The notes below the pieces were generated by a model, which worked only from the letters and a program-made list of their open reading frames with translations, did not search any database and had not been told where the DNA came from. DNA of 64,000 bases from Candidatus Poribacteria bacterium (lineage in GTDB: Bacteria > Poribacteria > WGA-4E > WGA-3G): NCBI GenBank assembly GCA_963665235.2, contig CAXXLX010000001.1, positions 704,001-768,000 on the forward strand, written 5' to 3'. Shown piece by piece: positions 9,745-19,075 of this stretch (within the stretch, counting starts at the first letter, position 1; every line of letters starts with the position of its first letter). Made by a program: the position numbers and the translations under genes.

Positions 9745-11110
9745 TTGCTTTGTCCTTGTTTTCGTTCTTTCCCAATCTCGGATGGGTTCGTTTCCTCAAT
9801 ACAATATAGATGCGTAAGCGAACGGAGATATGAGCGCATTGTCTGCAGACGGCACCAGATGCGATAAACCCATCATCAAACTCATTCCGGGCGATTAATT
9901 TAAATTCACGCGCCGCACGGATAACGGACACGCGTCCTTCCATGCTGAAAAAGTAGATGTTGCCGCCTGCATATAAGGGGGATGCCCAATGATTTCCGCC
10001 GATACGACCTCTCCATACTGGGTTTCCGTTTTTTGCCTCCACACAAGAAGCCACACCACCCTCGTTAACCATAAACATCAAATCATCTATGATGAGTGGC
10101 GATGGTATTTCAGGGGCCCCTTTGCGATTGCGCCAAACGATATGTGTATCCGTAACATCGCCTGTCCCAGAGGGATTAACCGCTAACAGTAGTTTTTCTA
10201 CGCCGGTTGTAAAGTAGACGAGATTATGTGCAAAAATCGGTCGGCATGCAACGTTCCAACCCCATCCTTCATGTTGAACTCGCCAGAGTTCATCGCCTGT
10301 TTTCGGGTTATAAGAGATTGTGACTTCTGCTGCAGGACTAATCAATTGTTTCCTTCCCTGATAAGTGATGATTGTCGGCGTTGCGTAGGATTTCCTGTTA
10401 TCATTAGGTTTCTCTTTTTTGGTTTTTTCGGTATCGGTAATGCCCTTCGCTCTGAGAACAGCCTCGAAATCTGAGTCAACTTTTCGATGTTCTAACCACA
10501 AAGTGTCGCCCGTATTTTTGTCAAGTGCTGCAACAAACTGTACATCGACACCATCAAAAGTCAGAAATAGTGCGTCTTCATCAATAATTGGCGAAGAAGC
10601 GGGACGCACCCGGTGGTCACAGTTGAGATTTCTCCGTTCCCAAAGTGTATCGCCAGTTTTCGTGTCCAAACAGGCGGTGCCATAAGTGCCGTAATGAACG
10701 TAGATGCGTCCATCCTCTATAACAGGCGTAGGTGATGCATGACTGTTAAGCTCCGCATGTTCGAGTTGCGGCTCTGTTACATCGAACACTTTTATATCGT
10801 GCAAAATATCGCCGCTTTCTAAGTCTACACAGACAGCAAAAAGTTCGCGCCCATCTTCACGCGCGGTTGTTACCCAAATCTGATTCCCCCAAACGACTGG
10901 TGATGAATATCCCTTGTCGTGAATAGGCGTTTTCCAACGGACGTTTTCCGTTTCACTAAATTCGATAGGAAGGTCAGTCGTACTTATCGTGCCATCTCCG
11001 TTTGGGCCACGGAACTGATGCCAATAGTCCTCACCGGTGCAGCTCTGTGGATTCAAACAGGTAAAAGAGAAAACTACCAGCATCAAAACAGTTAAACCAA
11101 ATCTATACAT
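9683..11110 (-). CDS. PQQ-like beta-propeller protein with a frameshifted C-terminus
   Basis: WHQFRGPNG, SSPVVWG, ASPLYAGG repeats; removing two extra T bases near 9828-9843 restores GAVADNALILRSLTHLYCIE ending at an ATGA overlap with the next gene. Confidence 0.85.
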   Translation of the reverse strand: MYRFGLTVLMLVVFSFTCLNPQSCTGEDYWHQFRGPNGDGTISTTDLPIEFSETENVRWKTPIHDKGYSSPVVWGNQIWVTTAREDGRELFAVCVDLESGDILHDIKVFDVTEPQLEHAELNSHASPTPVIEDGRIYVHYGTYGTACLDTKTGDTLWERRNLNCDHRVRPASSPIIDEDALFLTFDGVDVQFVAALDKNTGDTLWLEHRKVDSDFEAVLRAKGITDTEKTKKEKPNDNRKSYATPTIITYQGRKQLISPAAEVTISYNPKTGDELWRVQHEGWGWNVACRPIFAHNLVYFTTGVEKLLLAVNPSGTGDVTDTHIVWRNRKGAPEIPSPLIIDDLMFMVNEGGVASCVEAKNGNPVWRGRIGGNHWASPLYAGGNIYFFSMEGRVSVIRAAREFKLIARNEFDDGFIASGAVCRQCAHISVRLRIYIVLRKRTHPRLGKNENKDKANESKSASSHSINISSHAFLV

Positions 11111-11136
11111 GTCCTCACCTCGTCCGTTATTGTATA

Positions 11137-12228
11137 CTATTCACTTGTGAGTTCCGCCACACAGCGGAAGCCAACCCCAATACTATTGCTCAGATTCGGG
11201 TTCCTCTGCTGTCCGGGTTCAGGTCTTTCCGCGTCCGCATTTAGCCACGGTGGCCCTTGTCCTTGTGGGGGCCCTTGCCCCCGCGGTGGCCTTTGTCCTT
11301 GTGGGGGCCTTTGCCTATTCTCCAATTCTGCGAATTCCACTATAGGGGAGAAACCGGGCGCGGTCGGTTCCAGTTTTAGACGACGTGCAAGCCGTAGGTT
11401 TGCTGGATAGCTGGACCATCCACCGCCTCTTAAGACGCGTTCTGTTCCTATTTCCGGTCCCTTTGGGTTTTCAAGGGCTGAACTGCTGTAATAGTTTTCA
11501 CTGTACCAATCGCTACACCATTCCCAGGCGTTGCCTGTCATATCCCGTAAACCGTAGCCGTTAGCGGGGTATTTCCCAACGGGAGCGGTGTAGGAATAAC
11601 CGTCCTCAGCCCGCTGGCTTGGATTAACCCCAGAAAAGTTGCAGTCCGCCGCTTCAGGTGCCCGATTGCCCCAGGCGTGCCGTTTCCCGGTTAAACCGCC
11701 CCGGGCGGCATATTCCCATTCAGCCTCGGTTGGTAGCCGTTTACCTGCCCATTCGGCGTAGGCCTGGGCATCACTGAAAGTGATACCTACAACGGGATGT
11801 TTATCGGTGGGCGGCGTGAAACCTGCCCCCTGCTGCCCGCGCCTGTCTACCACAACGTCCGCTCTTTCTGCTCTTTCCGCTATCCAATCAGGAACTTGGG
11901 GAGGTAAGGTGCCGTGGTCCGTTTCACTTAAAAACTGCTTATATTGCCCAATTGTCACCTCATACCGGTCCATATAAAAAGCGTCCAATGTCACCTCATG
12001 GACAGGGAGTTCATCTGTCTTTCCTTCCGCAAAAGGGTCGCCCATTTTAAAAGTGCCGGCAGGGACCAACACCATAACCGCGTTGTCCTTCTCCCAGGTA
12101 ATAACCCTGAGCGGTGTATTATCATCGACTTCGGGTTGTGAGGTTTTCGGTTGGTCTGTAATCGTGTCATCCGCGCCACAACCCGCTAAAACAATCGCAA
12201 TTAACACCCCGCACACTAATTTTCTCAT
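11137..12228 (-). CDS. Formylglycine-generating enzyme (SUMF1/FGE-sulfatase) domain lipoprotein
   Basis: Lipobox LAGC; FKMG, RLPTEAEWEYAARGG, DMTGNAWEWC, RGGGW, GFRC; Pro/Gln repeat near the C-terminus. Confidence 0.9.
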   Translation of the reverse strand: MRKLVCGVLIAIVLAGCGADDTITDQPKTSQPEVDDNTPLRVITWEKDNAVMVLVPAGTFKMGDPFAEGKTDELPVHEVTLDAFYMDRYEVTIGQYKQFLSETDHGTLPPQVPDWIAERAERADVVVDRRGQQGAGFTPPTDKHPVVGITFSDAQAYAEWAGKRLPTEAEWEYAARGGLTGKRHAWGNRAPEAADCNFSGVNPSQRAEDGYSYTAPVGKYPANGYGLRDMTGNAWEWCSDWYSENYYSSSALENPKGPEIGTERVLRGGGWSSYPANLRLARRLKLEPTAPGFSPIVEFAELENRQRPPQGQRPPRGQGPPQGQGPPWLNADAERPEPGQQRNPNLSNSIGVGFRCVAELTSE

Positions 12229-12247
12229 ATTCACTTTCCTTTTCCTT

Positions 12248-13642
12248 TTAGGCAACCAATTCCGAAACGACTTTGGCACCGTCAGGGGCGATACGTACCG
12301 GTCTTCCATCAGGCGTATGTAATTCTAGGTGTGGTTCAATGCCGAGTAGCGTATAGATTGTGGCAGCGAGGTCCGAGGGTGTCACCGGATGTTCCTTCGG
12401 AAATTCGCCGAGAGCGTCGCTGCTGCCGATAATCTGCCCGCCTTGCACGCCTCCGCCCGCCAGTACAACACTGAACACGTTAGGCCAGTGGTCACGTCCG
12501 CCTTGTGAGTTAATCTTCGGTGTGCGTCCAAATTCCCCCATAACTACCACGAGCGTCTCCTCCAGCATGCTGCGGTCAGTCAGGTCCTGAATTAACGCGC
12601 TAAAAGCCTTATCAAGGGAGGGCAGATGTGCATGCCGGTCGGTTGGATAACGTTCCTTCAGTGTAAAGATATTCTGATGCGTATCCCAGCCGGTGTGGTT
12701 GACCGTCACGAAGGGCACCCCGCGTTCGACTAACCGCCGTGCAAGTAAACAGCTCAGCCCGATTCCGTTGACCCCACCCATGCCGTATCGCTCGCGGACT
12801 TCTCTGGGTTCACCGGATAGGGTGAATGCTGCCTTCGCTTCAGGCGATGTAATCAGATTATAGGCACGTTCCAGCTCCGGGTCCGGAATTGTTGGCGCGC
12901 CACCGTCTTTAGCATCACTAAATGCATTGAGGGCATCGACGAACTCTCTCCGCCGTGAAAGCCGTTCCAAATCCAATCCCTGATAGAAATCCAGGTCTCT
13001 GACTGTGAAGCTGGACCGCTCTTTAGACTTCCCCGCGCCGCTGCTGACCGAAAATGGACTTGTCGATATAGGCAAATATCCGTTACCGAGTGCCGCGGTC
13101 AAGCCCAAATTGAAATTGGGAATTGCGATGTTAGGCGGTAGACTTGCGGCAAGCGGGTGCTCACCCTCACTGTTTTGAGCGCGGACATGTGCCACAGTAG
13201 CCCCATAAGTCGGATAATCCAACGCTGGAGTTGGTTTATAGCCGGTCATCAAATATTGTGCGGCTAGATTGTGTTCCCCAAGCGGAGAGGTCATAGAGCG
13301 GATAATAGCAAGTTTATCCATCATCCCTGCTGTCCGTTCCATGCATTCGCTGAAACGTATACCCGTGACGTTCGTGGGAATAGTGCCCAGGGGTCCGCGA
13401 ACCTCTTGCGGCGCATCCGGTTTCGGGTCGAAGGTTTCGAGATGACTAGGTCCGCCATCGAGCCATATTAGGATACAGGATTTTGTTTTTGCTGTTGTGT
13501 AGGAGCGAGGTGACCTCGCCCCTACGGCAAAGGCGCGTTGTAGGTGAAAAAAGTCGCCTAGTCCGAGGCCCAATGCTGTCAATCCGCCGACGCGTAGGAA
13601 ATCGCGGCGGTGCATTCCGTCACATCGTTTTGTCGTGTTCAT
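12248..13642 (-). CDS. DUF1501 domain protein (Tat-like signal)
   Basis: RRDFLRVG; WLDGGPSHLETFDPKP, ARRLVERGV, GWDTH, GEFGRTPKIN...GRDHW. Confidence 0.92.
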   Translation of the reverse strand: MNTTKRCDGMHRRDFLRVGGLTALGLGLGDFFHLQRAFAVGARSPRSYTTAKTKSCILIWLDGGPSHLETFDPKPDAPQEVRGPLGTIPTNVTGIRFSECMERTAGMMDKLAIIRSMTSPLGEHNLAAQYLMTGYKPTPALDYPTYGATVAHVRAQNSEGEHPLAASLPPNIAIPNFNLGLTAALGNGYLPISTSPFSVSSGAGKSKERSSFTVRDLDFYQGLDLERLSRRREFVDALNAFSDAKDGGAPTIPDPELERAYNLITSPEAKAAFTLSGEPREVRERYGMGGVNGIGLSCLLARRLVERGVPFVTVNHTGWDTHQNIFTLKERYPTDRHAHLPSLDKAFSALIQDLTDRSMLEETLVVVMGEFGRTPKINSQGGRDHWPNVFSVVLAGGGVQGGQIIGSSDALGEFPKEHPVTPSDLAATIYTLLGIEPHLELHTPDGRPVRIAPDGAKVVSELVA

Positions 13643-13654
13643 TTTCCTCTCCTT

Positions 13655-16600
13655 TTAACGGTCTTCACGTTCACGCTCGGTATCCTTGTCACGGCGCATC
13701 TTTTCTTTGCTGCTCACTGGATTTTTACCTTCAGCTGAAGCAATTGCGAATGCAATTTGAGCAATACCTACCTCTTTTGCTATATCCATTACTTTGACAA
13801 TCTGTTCATGAAGTACATCTCGTTCAGATTCGATAATAAGCGTGGATTTTTGTTCTTCAGGCAATTTGCGGAGGAGTGAAGACATTTCGTCAAACCCTAC
13901 AACGGTTCCATTTAGGAGCATTTTACCCATTTTTCCCTTCTCGGTAGGGTTTTTAATTTCGATTATAGGGTTTTTCTCGTTCAACCATTTTTGTAGGGTA
14001 GCAGGTTTTTCGCCGATTAGGGCACCGACGGCACCGAGGACGTAAGGGTCAGGCTGCAGCATCGGCTGCGCGAGAGCAAAGTTATAAAGCACTTTCCCCT
14101 CTTTAACGATAAGAACTGTTTGTGCTACGTTACGATTCAACCCGTAGCTGCCAGGGCCTTCACGACCATCAGGAGAAATACCGAGTAAAACATCGCGTGG
14201 TATATGCGGTACAATCTTGCTACCATGTTCCGCCAAAGTATCCGGTGTGTTTCCCAAAAACACAACACCGATATGGAATTTCTTTTTAGATTTTTGGGCA
14301 ATTTGAGCGAGCAACCGTGAAACGCCGACCAATCCGCGTAAACCGAGGCGGCTTTCGTCCTGCAAGAAGAGCACGAGCGGTTGTCCATTTGCCTTGGCGA
14401 TGACATCGAACGTTTTTCCCTTTGCTTTACCGTTGATAATCATAGCCTTCAGAGGCGGAAGCTTCTCACCGGGTTGCGGTCCGGAGAAAAGTGCTTTGTT
14501 CTGCACCCGCTTGAATTCAGCTGGATTTTTCACCTGAACGTTCAGTCTACGGGCGCGGTTTTGCCCCTCCGGATTTGCAAGGGCACGGCGGGCTGCCATA
14601 CCTTCTGCATCGTTCAATTTGCCGTCGCCATCTTTGTCAAACCGCTTAATCATTTCTTCACGAGACAAATTCATGAGCTCCTCACGTGATGGAGCCCTTT
14701 CGCGTTCTTTATCTCGTGTGCCTTCGCGGTCTTGTAGCCGTTTCAAGCGTGCCTCTGGTGAGCGTGTGCCTTCCCGTTCTCTATCTTGGTTGCCTTCAGG
14801 GTCCCGTAGTCGCTTCAAGCGTGATTCTGGCGAACGTGCCCCTTCCCGTTCCTTATCTCGTGTGCCTTCCCGTTCTTGCTGCTGCTTCAAACGCGCTTCC
14901 GGTGAAAGTGTGCCTTCACGTTCCTTCATCTGCTTCAAGCGTGCCTCCGGTGAACGCTCCTTTTCGCCTTTGTCGCGCTCCATCTGTTTATCTTCAGCAG
15001 AGCCCATCTTCTGAGAGGTTTCTGCTGTCTTCTTAAGAAGTTTTTCGCCTTCCTCCCAGGTGATACCCATCTCCTCAAGCCATTCGGTTGCCTCTGCTCT
15101 GGAGACTTTTCCACTTTTAACTGCTTCGCGAATTCCAGCAAATTTTTTCGCAATGAGCAACTTATCGTCCAAATCCGTTTCTTTGTATCGCTTCGCCGAT
15201 TCTTCATTTAGCAATTTCTCGAACGTAGTAGTCTCTACATCAATAGCTTGTGCGATGGCACCGAGGAGATGTGGGTCGGTATAAATCATAGGTTGTGCAA
15301 ACGCAAAGTTGTGGAGGACTTTCCCATCTTTAGCGATAATAACTGTCTGTGCCACATTGCGATTCAGTCCATACACGCCAGGCCCTTCACGTCCATCTTG
15401 AGATAGACTGAACTGAAAACGTGTGGCAAATGGACTCACTTCCTTCTTAAAATATTCAGGAAGTTTCACCTTGTCCTCGCTGAGAAATAGGACTGCGATT
15501 TGTAATTGCGCCTCCACCTTATCTAGAATGGGTGCGACCGTATCGGTAAAAATATAGAGTCCCTTAATCCCGACCTCACTGTTGTCTTGCAAGAAAAGCA
15601 GAAGCGGTTTGTCTTCCACAGCAGCAATGATATCGTATGTTTTTTCATCAAAATCACCACCGATGCCGGTCCCTTTCAACGGCGGAAGGTTTTCGCCCGG
15701 CTGCGGGCCAGAAAACACCCGGTTTTCTGGAGACGTATCAAACGTGCTTGGATCTAACACTCTGATGGTTTCTCCCTCTTTGTATTCCTTCTCGCTCTTC
15801 ATTTTCTGCTTTTCAACATTATCAGCCGGTTTTTCCGATTTACCGAAAACCGCCTGTGAGAAAAATGGGAGTTGAACCGTTCGCAGCGGAGCGAGCTGTG
15901 CCATTGCAAGCAGGGGTAGCCCGGTTAAAAGAAGGGTGAGTGTCACAACAAGCAAGCGATGTCGATTTTGACAGTCGAGGCGGCGATTGTTTTTCAGGAT
16001 AGCACTAATCCGAGATTCCAATTGTGAGGGTTGATTTATGCCCAAAGCAAGCGGTATCGCGCGTTCCTTGTGGCGAACTAGGTCCAGCAAACACTGTGCA
16101 TAGCTCTTTCGCGCGCCTGTCAATTGGATAACCCAATCATCACAAATCTGTTCCCGTAAATAGGTGAGTTTTCGGTTAAGTAGATGATAAATCGGATGGA
16201 AAAAGAAGATAGCCCCAACTACGTGTGAAAAGAGATTCGTCAACCAGTCCAGCCGATGTACGTGTGCTAATTCATGGGCGGCAACTAATTCGAACTGCTC
16301 TAGAGCAAGCGTTTCTGGTATCAGGACGCTCGGAGATAGCCACCCGAACGAAATAGGCGACACAATCTGCGCGGAGGTGTAAACGGTCACTTTCCGTTTA
16401 ATATTTAGCTGCTGCGCCAATCGTCGGCACGCTGCCTGATATGCATCACCAGCGATTGAGGCTGTTCGGCGCAGTTGATGGATACGGTACAAGCCAACGC
16501 CTATCCGTCCCAACATGATGAGTGTCCCGATTGCCCATGCACATAGCAGCACATCAATCCATTTCCAATTGGATAGGAAAAAACCGGTTGTCACTGCTTC

Positions 16601-16903
16601 GCTTTCCACAGCCCCTGGCTTTCAACGGCCGCGAGACCAATTGGAGGATTCAACGGGTTGGATTGCGGGCAACACAGCGGATTCTGCCGACATCACTATC
16701 GGCTGAACCGTTCCGAACGAGATAGCTGGCACAGCCTGATTTAACGCAAATAGGATAGGAAGGCTGATTAAAGAAAACAACCATAGCAGATGAACAGTCG
16801 TGTTCGAACGGCGGAAACGGCTGGTAACCCCCCAAATCAAAACACCTAATAGCATCCACTGCCATGAACAGTTGAGTAATGAAAAAAGGATTTGCTTAGT
16901 CAT
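13655..16903 (-). CDS. BlaR1/peptidase M56 family multidomain protein, interrupted by an in-frame TGA at 16622-16624
   Basis: HELAH zinc motif and EQICDDWV; N-terminal segment (start 16903) is in the same frame as ORF 13655-16609; EF-hand-like DKDGDGKL, duplicated GPQPGE domain, ExbD-like tail. Confidence 0.8.
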
Positions 16904-17312
16904 TAGTCTCTCCTTGCAAGGGTTGAGGGACGGATATACCTGCCACCTCCGGTTGATAATCATTAATTAGTTTTTGTAGCCGGTTGAGTTCTACGGGGCT
17001 AGTCTGTCGCACCTCAAGTAACGTGTTCACCAATTTTTCTGCCGAATTGTCAAACAGACGTTCCAGTAAATCGGTGAGCATAGAGTGCGTAATTTCTGTC
17101 TCTTTCACCAAAGGTTGATAAACGAACGTTCGCCCATCAACTTGATGCGACAAAAAACCTTTCTTTTCGAGGCTTTTCATCGTTGTAGCGACGGTGGTAT
17201 ACGCGAGTTTTCGGTCGATGTTATCAAGCACATCGTTGACTGTGGCACGCGTCAGTTTCCACACCACTTTCATCACTTCAAGTTCCAAATGGTGTAATTT
17301 TCGGGGCTTCAT
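16896..17312 (-). CDS. BlaI/MecI/CopY family repressor
   Basis: LELEVMKVVW, AYTTVATTMKSLEKKG, LLERLFDNS; directly upstream of the M56 gene. Confidence 0.92.
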   Translation of the reverse strand: MKPRKLHHLELEVMKVVWKLTRATVNDVLDNIDRKLAYTTVATTMKSLEKKGFLSHQVDGRTFVYQPLVKETEITHSMLTDLLERLFDNSAEKLVNTLLEVRQTSPVELNRLQKLINDYQPEVAGISVPQPLQGETND

Positions 17313-17346
17313 CGTGAGTTCCTCCTCGTTTGTTTTACTACTATAA

Positions 17347-17404
17347 AATACTATTTGTCAATACGGAGTAATAGTATTATACACCCTAGAGAGGCGTTTG
17401 TCAA
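17347..17404 (-). promoter_or_regulatory. Consensus promoter and candidate operator of the blaI-like operon
   Basis: Minus strand TTGACA (17404-17399) - 17 bp - TATAAT (17381-17376); inverted repeat AATACTATT...AATAGTATT (17347-17378) overlaps the -10/+1 region. Confidence 0.65.
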
Positions 17405-17558
17405 GTTAATTTTGCAAAAAAGTGCGGATTTTTACATTTTTTTCGGTATAATTTCGTGAAAAATGCGTAATTTTTACGTTTTTTCATAATTTCTGGTATA
17501 ATTAATTTTAATGAAACTGGAAGAGCCTACTAAAATACCTTCAGAAGAATAGGAGTTC

Positions 17559-17840
17559 TCATGAATAACCGTTTGGGAGCTCTTTTTTATGATAGCGGAC
17601 ATCTTGGATTGGATTTTCAATCTTTTTAACCAAAGAGGTGATTATAACAGCCAAAACTGCTTTCTGGGATTCTGCTTTTTCAACGATAATTTCAACCCAT
17701 TTTTGTTGCGACTCTGAGAGTTCGGTCTAGGTATTGCGCTTCGATTCTGCAAGTTGATAGGCATCTTCTAAAATTGCACGCACGTAACCAAAGAGGTGAT
17801 TATAACAGCCAAAACTGCTTTCTGGGATTCTGCTTATTCA
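17559..17840 (-). pseudogene. Decayed restriction endonuclease N-terminus (SacI-family-like)
   Basis: Manual translation RAILEDAYQLAES..*..AESQKAVLAVIITSLVKK/IENPIQDVRYHKKELPNGYS*, with a stop, a frameshift and a 51-bp duplication; adjacent to the MTase. Confidence 0.55.
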
Positions 17841-18887
17841 CTATTCCTCAAATAGACTCAGTGCTGCAAGCTGTGTATCTGAAACCCGTTGTCGCGCATA
17901 TTCACAGTATTCGGCATTGATGTCATAACCGATATAATGCCTACCTAGTTTTTTACAGGCGACTGCCGTCGAGCCGGACCCCATGAACGGGTCGAGCACG
18001 AGCGCGCCAGCAGGTGTGAGCAGGTGTAAAAACTCCTCCACAACTTCCACCGGATAGATTGCCGGATGCTTATTTCCTTTAACAGCGGCTACTGACGTTT
18101 CAATTACATCTCGCTTGAGTTTATTGCCGTGCATCCGGATAATCGTAAAACCTTTATTCTTGATTTGGAGTGTGCGTCCACCTATCTGTCCACCGAACGG
18201 TTCGGCATGAATACCGCGAATTTTCATCCGAAAACTGTGTGTCTCCCCTCGATGTACCTCTTGGATAACTTTTGTAAGTTCACGTCGTGCGTTGGTTTTC
18301 TCCGCTTCAGATAGTTCAGATTCCGCAATGAGCTCAAAATAGCGCTGCCCGACCTTTGCGCTCGCCTTTTTACGGAACTGCTTCGGTGTTTGCGGCTCCG
18401 CTAAGAAGGCATCAAGGTCATAGAAATAGTCGTCTGACTTTGCAAAGTGGAAGAAAGGCTCCGTGCTACTGACAAGTCGCCGGCGAAACTGACGCGGGGT
18501 CGGATTCCTTTTGACCCAGGTAATCTCGTTGACTAGTTTAACCAAACCTGTTTCTGTCGCTGCAAGGGCAAAACGGTAGGGGACAAGCAACAGATTGCTT
18601 TTCTGATACTTGTCGCCTATGTTGAACACAAGACTGCCATCATCTTTCACAACACGGACACACTCGCGAAAGAGCTCAAGGAGTATACCAATGTATTCAT
18701 TGACATCGGTTTCGTTACCCATACCGCCGCCATAATCGCGCTGTTGAAAATAGGGCGGTGAGGTAATGACCAAGTGAACGCTGCAATCCGGCAACTTCTG
18801 AATGAGTTCAAGATTGTTTCCACAGAGAATTTGGTCAATCGGGAGCGATTTATCAGTATTCTGAAGATTTTCGGATGTGGACAGCAT
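17841..18887 (-). CDS. DNA methyltransferase, N4-C/N6-A beta class
   Basis: TSPPY catalytic motif precedes the LDPFMGSGST SAM-binding motif; HPAIYP. Confidence 0.92.
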   Translation of the reverse strand: MLSTSENLQNTDKSLPIDQILCGNNLELIQKLPDCSVHLVITSPPYFQQRDYGGGMGNETDVNEYIGILLELFRECVRVVKDDGSLVFNIGDKYQKSNLLLVPYRFALAATETGLVKLVNEITWVKRNPTPRQFRRRLVSSTEPFFHFAKSDDYFYDLDAFLAEPQTPKQFRKKASAKVGQRYFELIAESELSEAEKTNARRELTKVIQEVHRGETHSFRMKIRGIHAEPFGGQIGGRTLQIKNKGFTIIRMHGNKLKRDVIETSVAAVKGNKHPAIYPVEVVEEFLHLLTPAGALVLDPFMGSGSTAVACKKLGRHYIGYDINAEYCEYARQRVSDTQLAALSLFEE

Positions 18888-19075
18888 TCTTTAGTTCCTA
18901 ATATTCACGACACTTTGACCAATTTTAGTGCCAGCTTTATGCAACTTAACATTAAATAGTCTAACCGAAATTCCGGTAAATGTCAAGTTTTTTAAGATTT
19001 CTCCAAAAACCCGCGTCATGCCATTTGCCATTAAGCCAAAAAACTTTACGATGGACAGAACACGCAGCACACCCC

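Noticed and set aside
16622-16624. Selenocysteine or recoded TGA in the M56 gene
   Set aside because: Falls in a low-complexity linker, not a Cys-equivalent site; TGA is used as a normal stop elsewhere in the window
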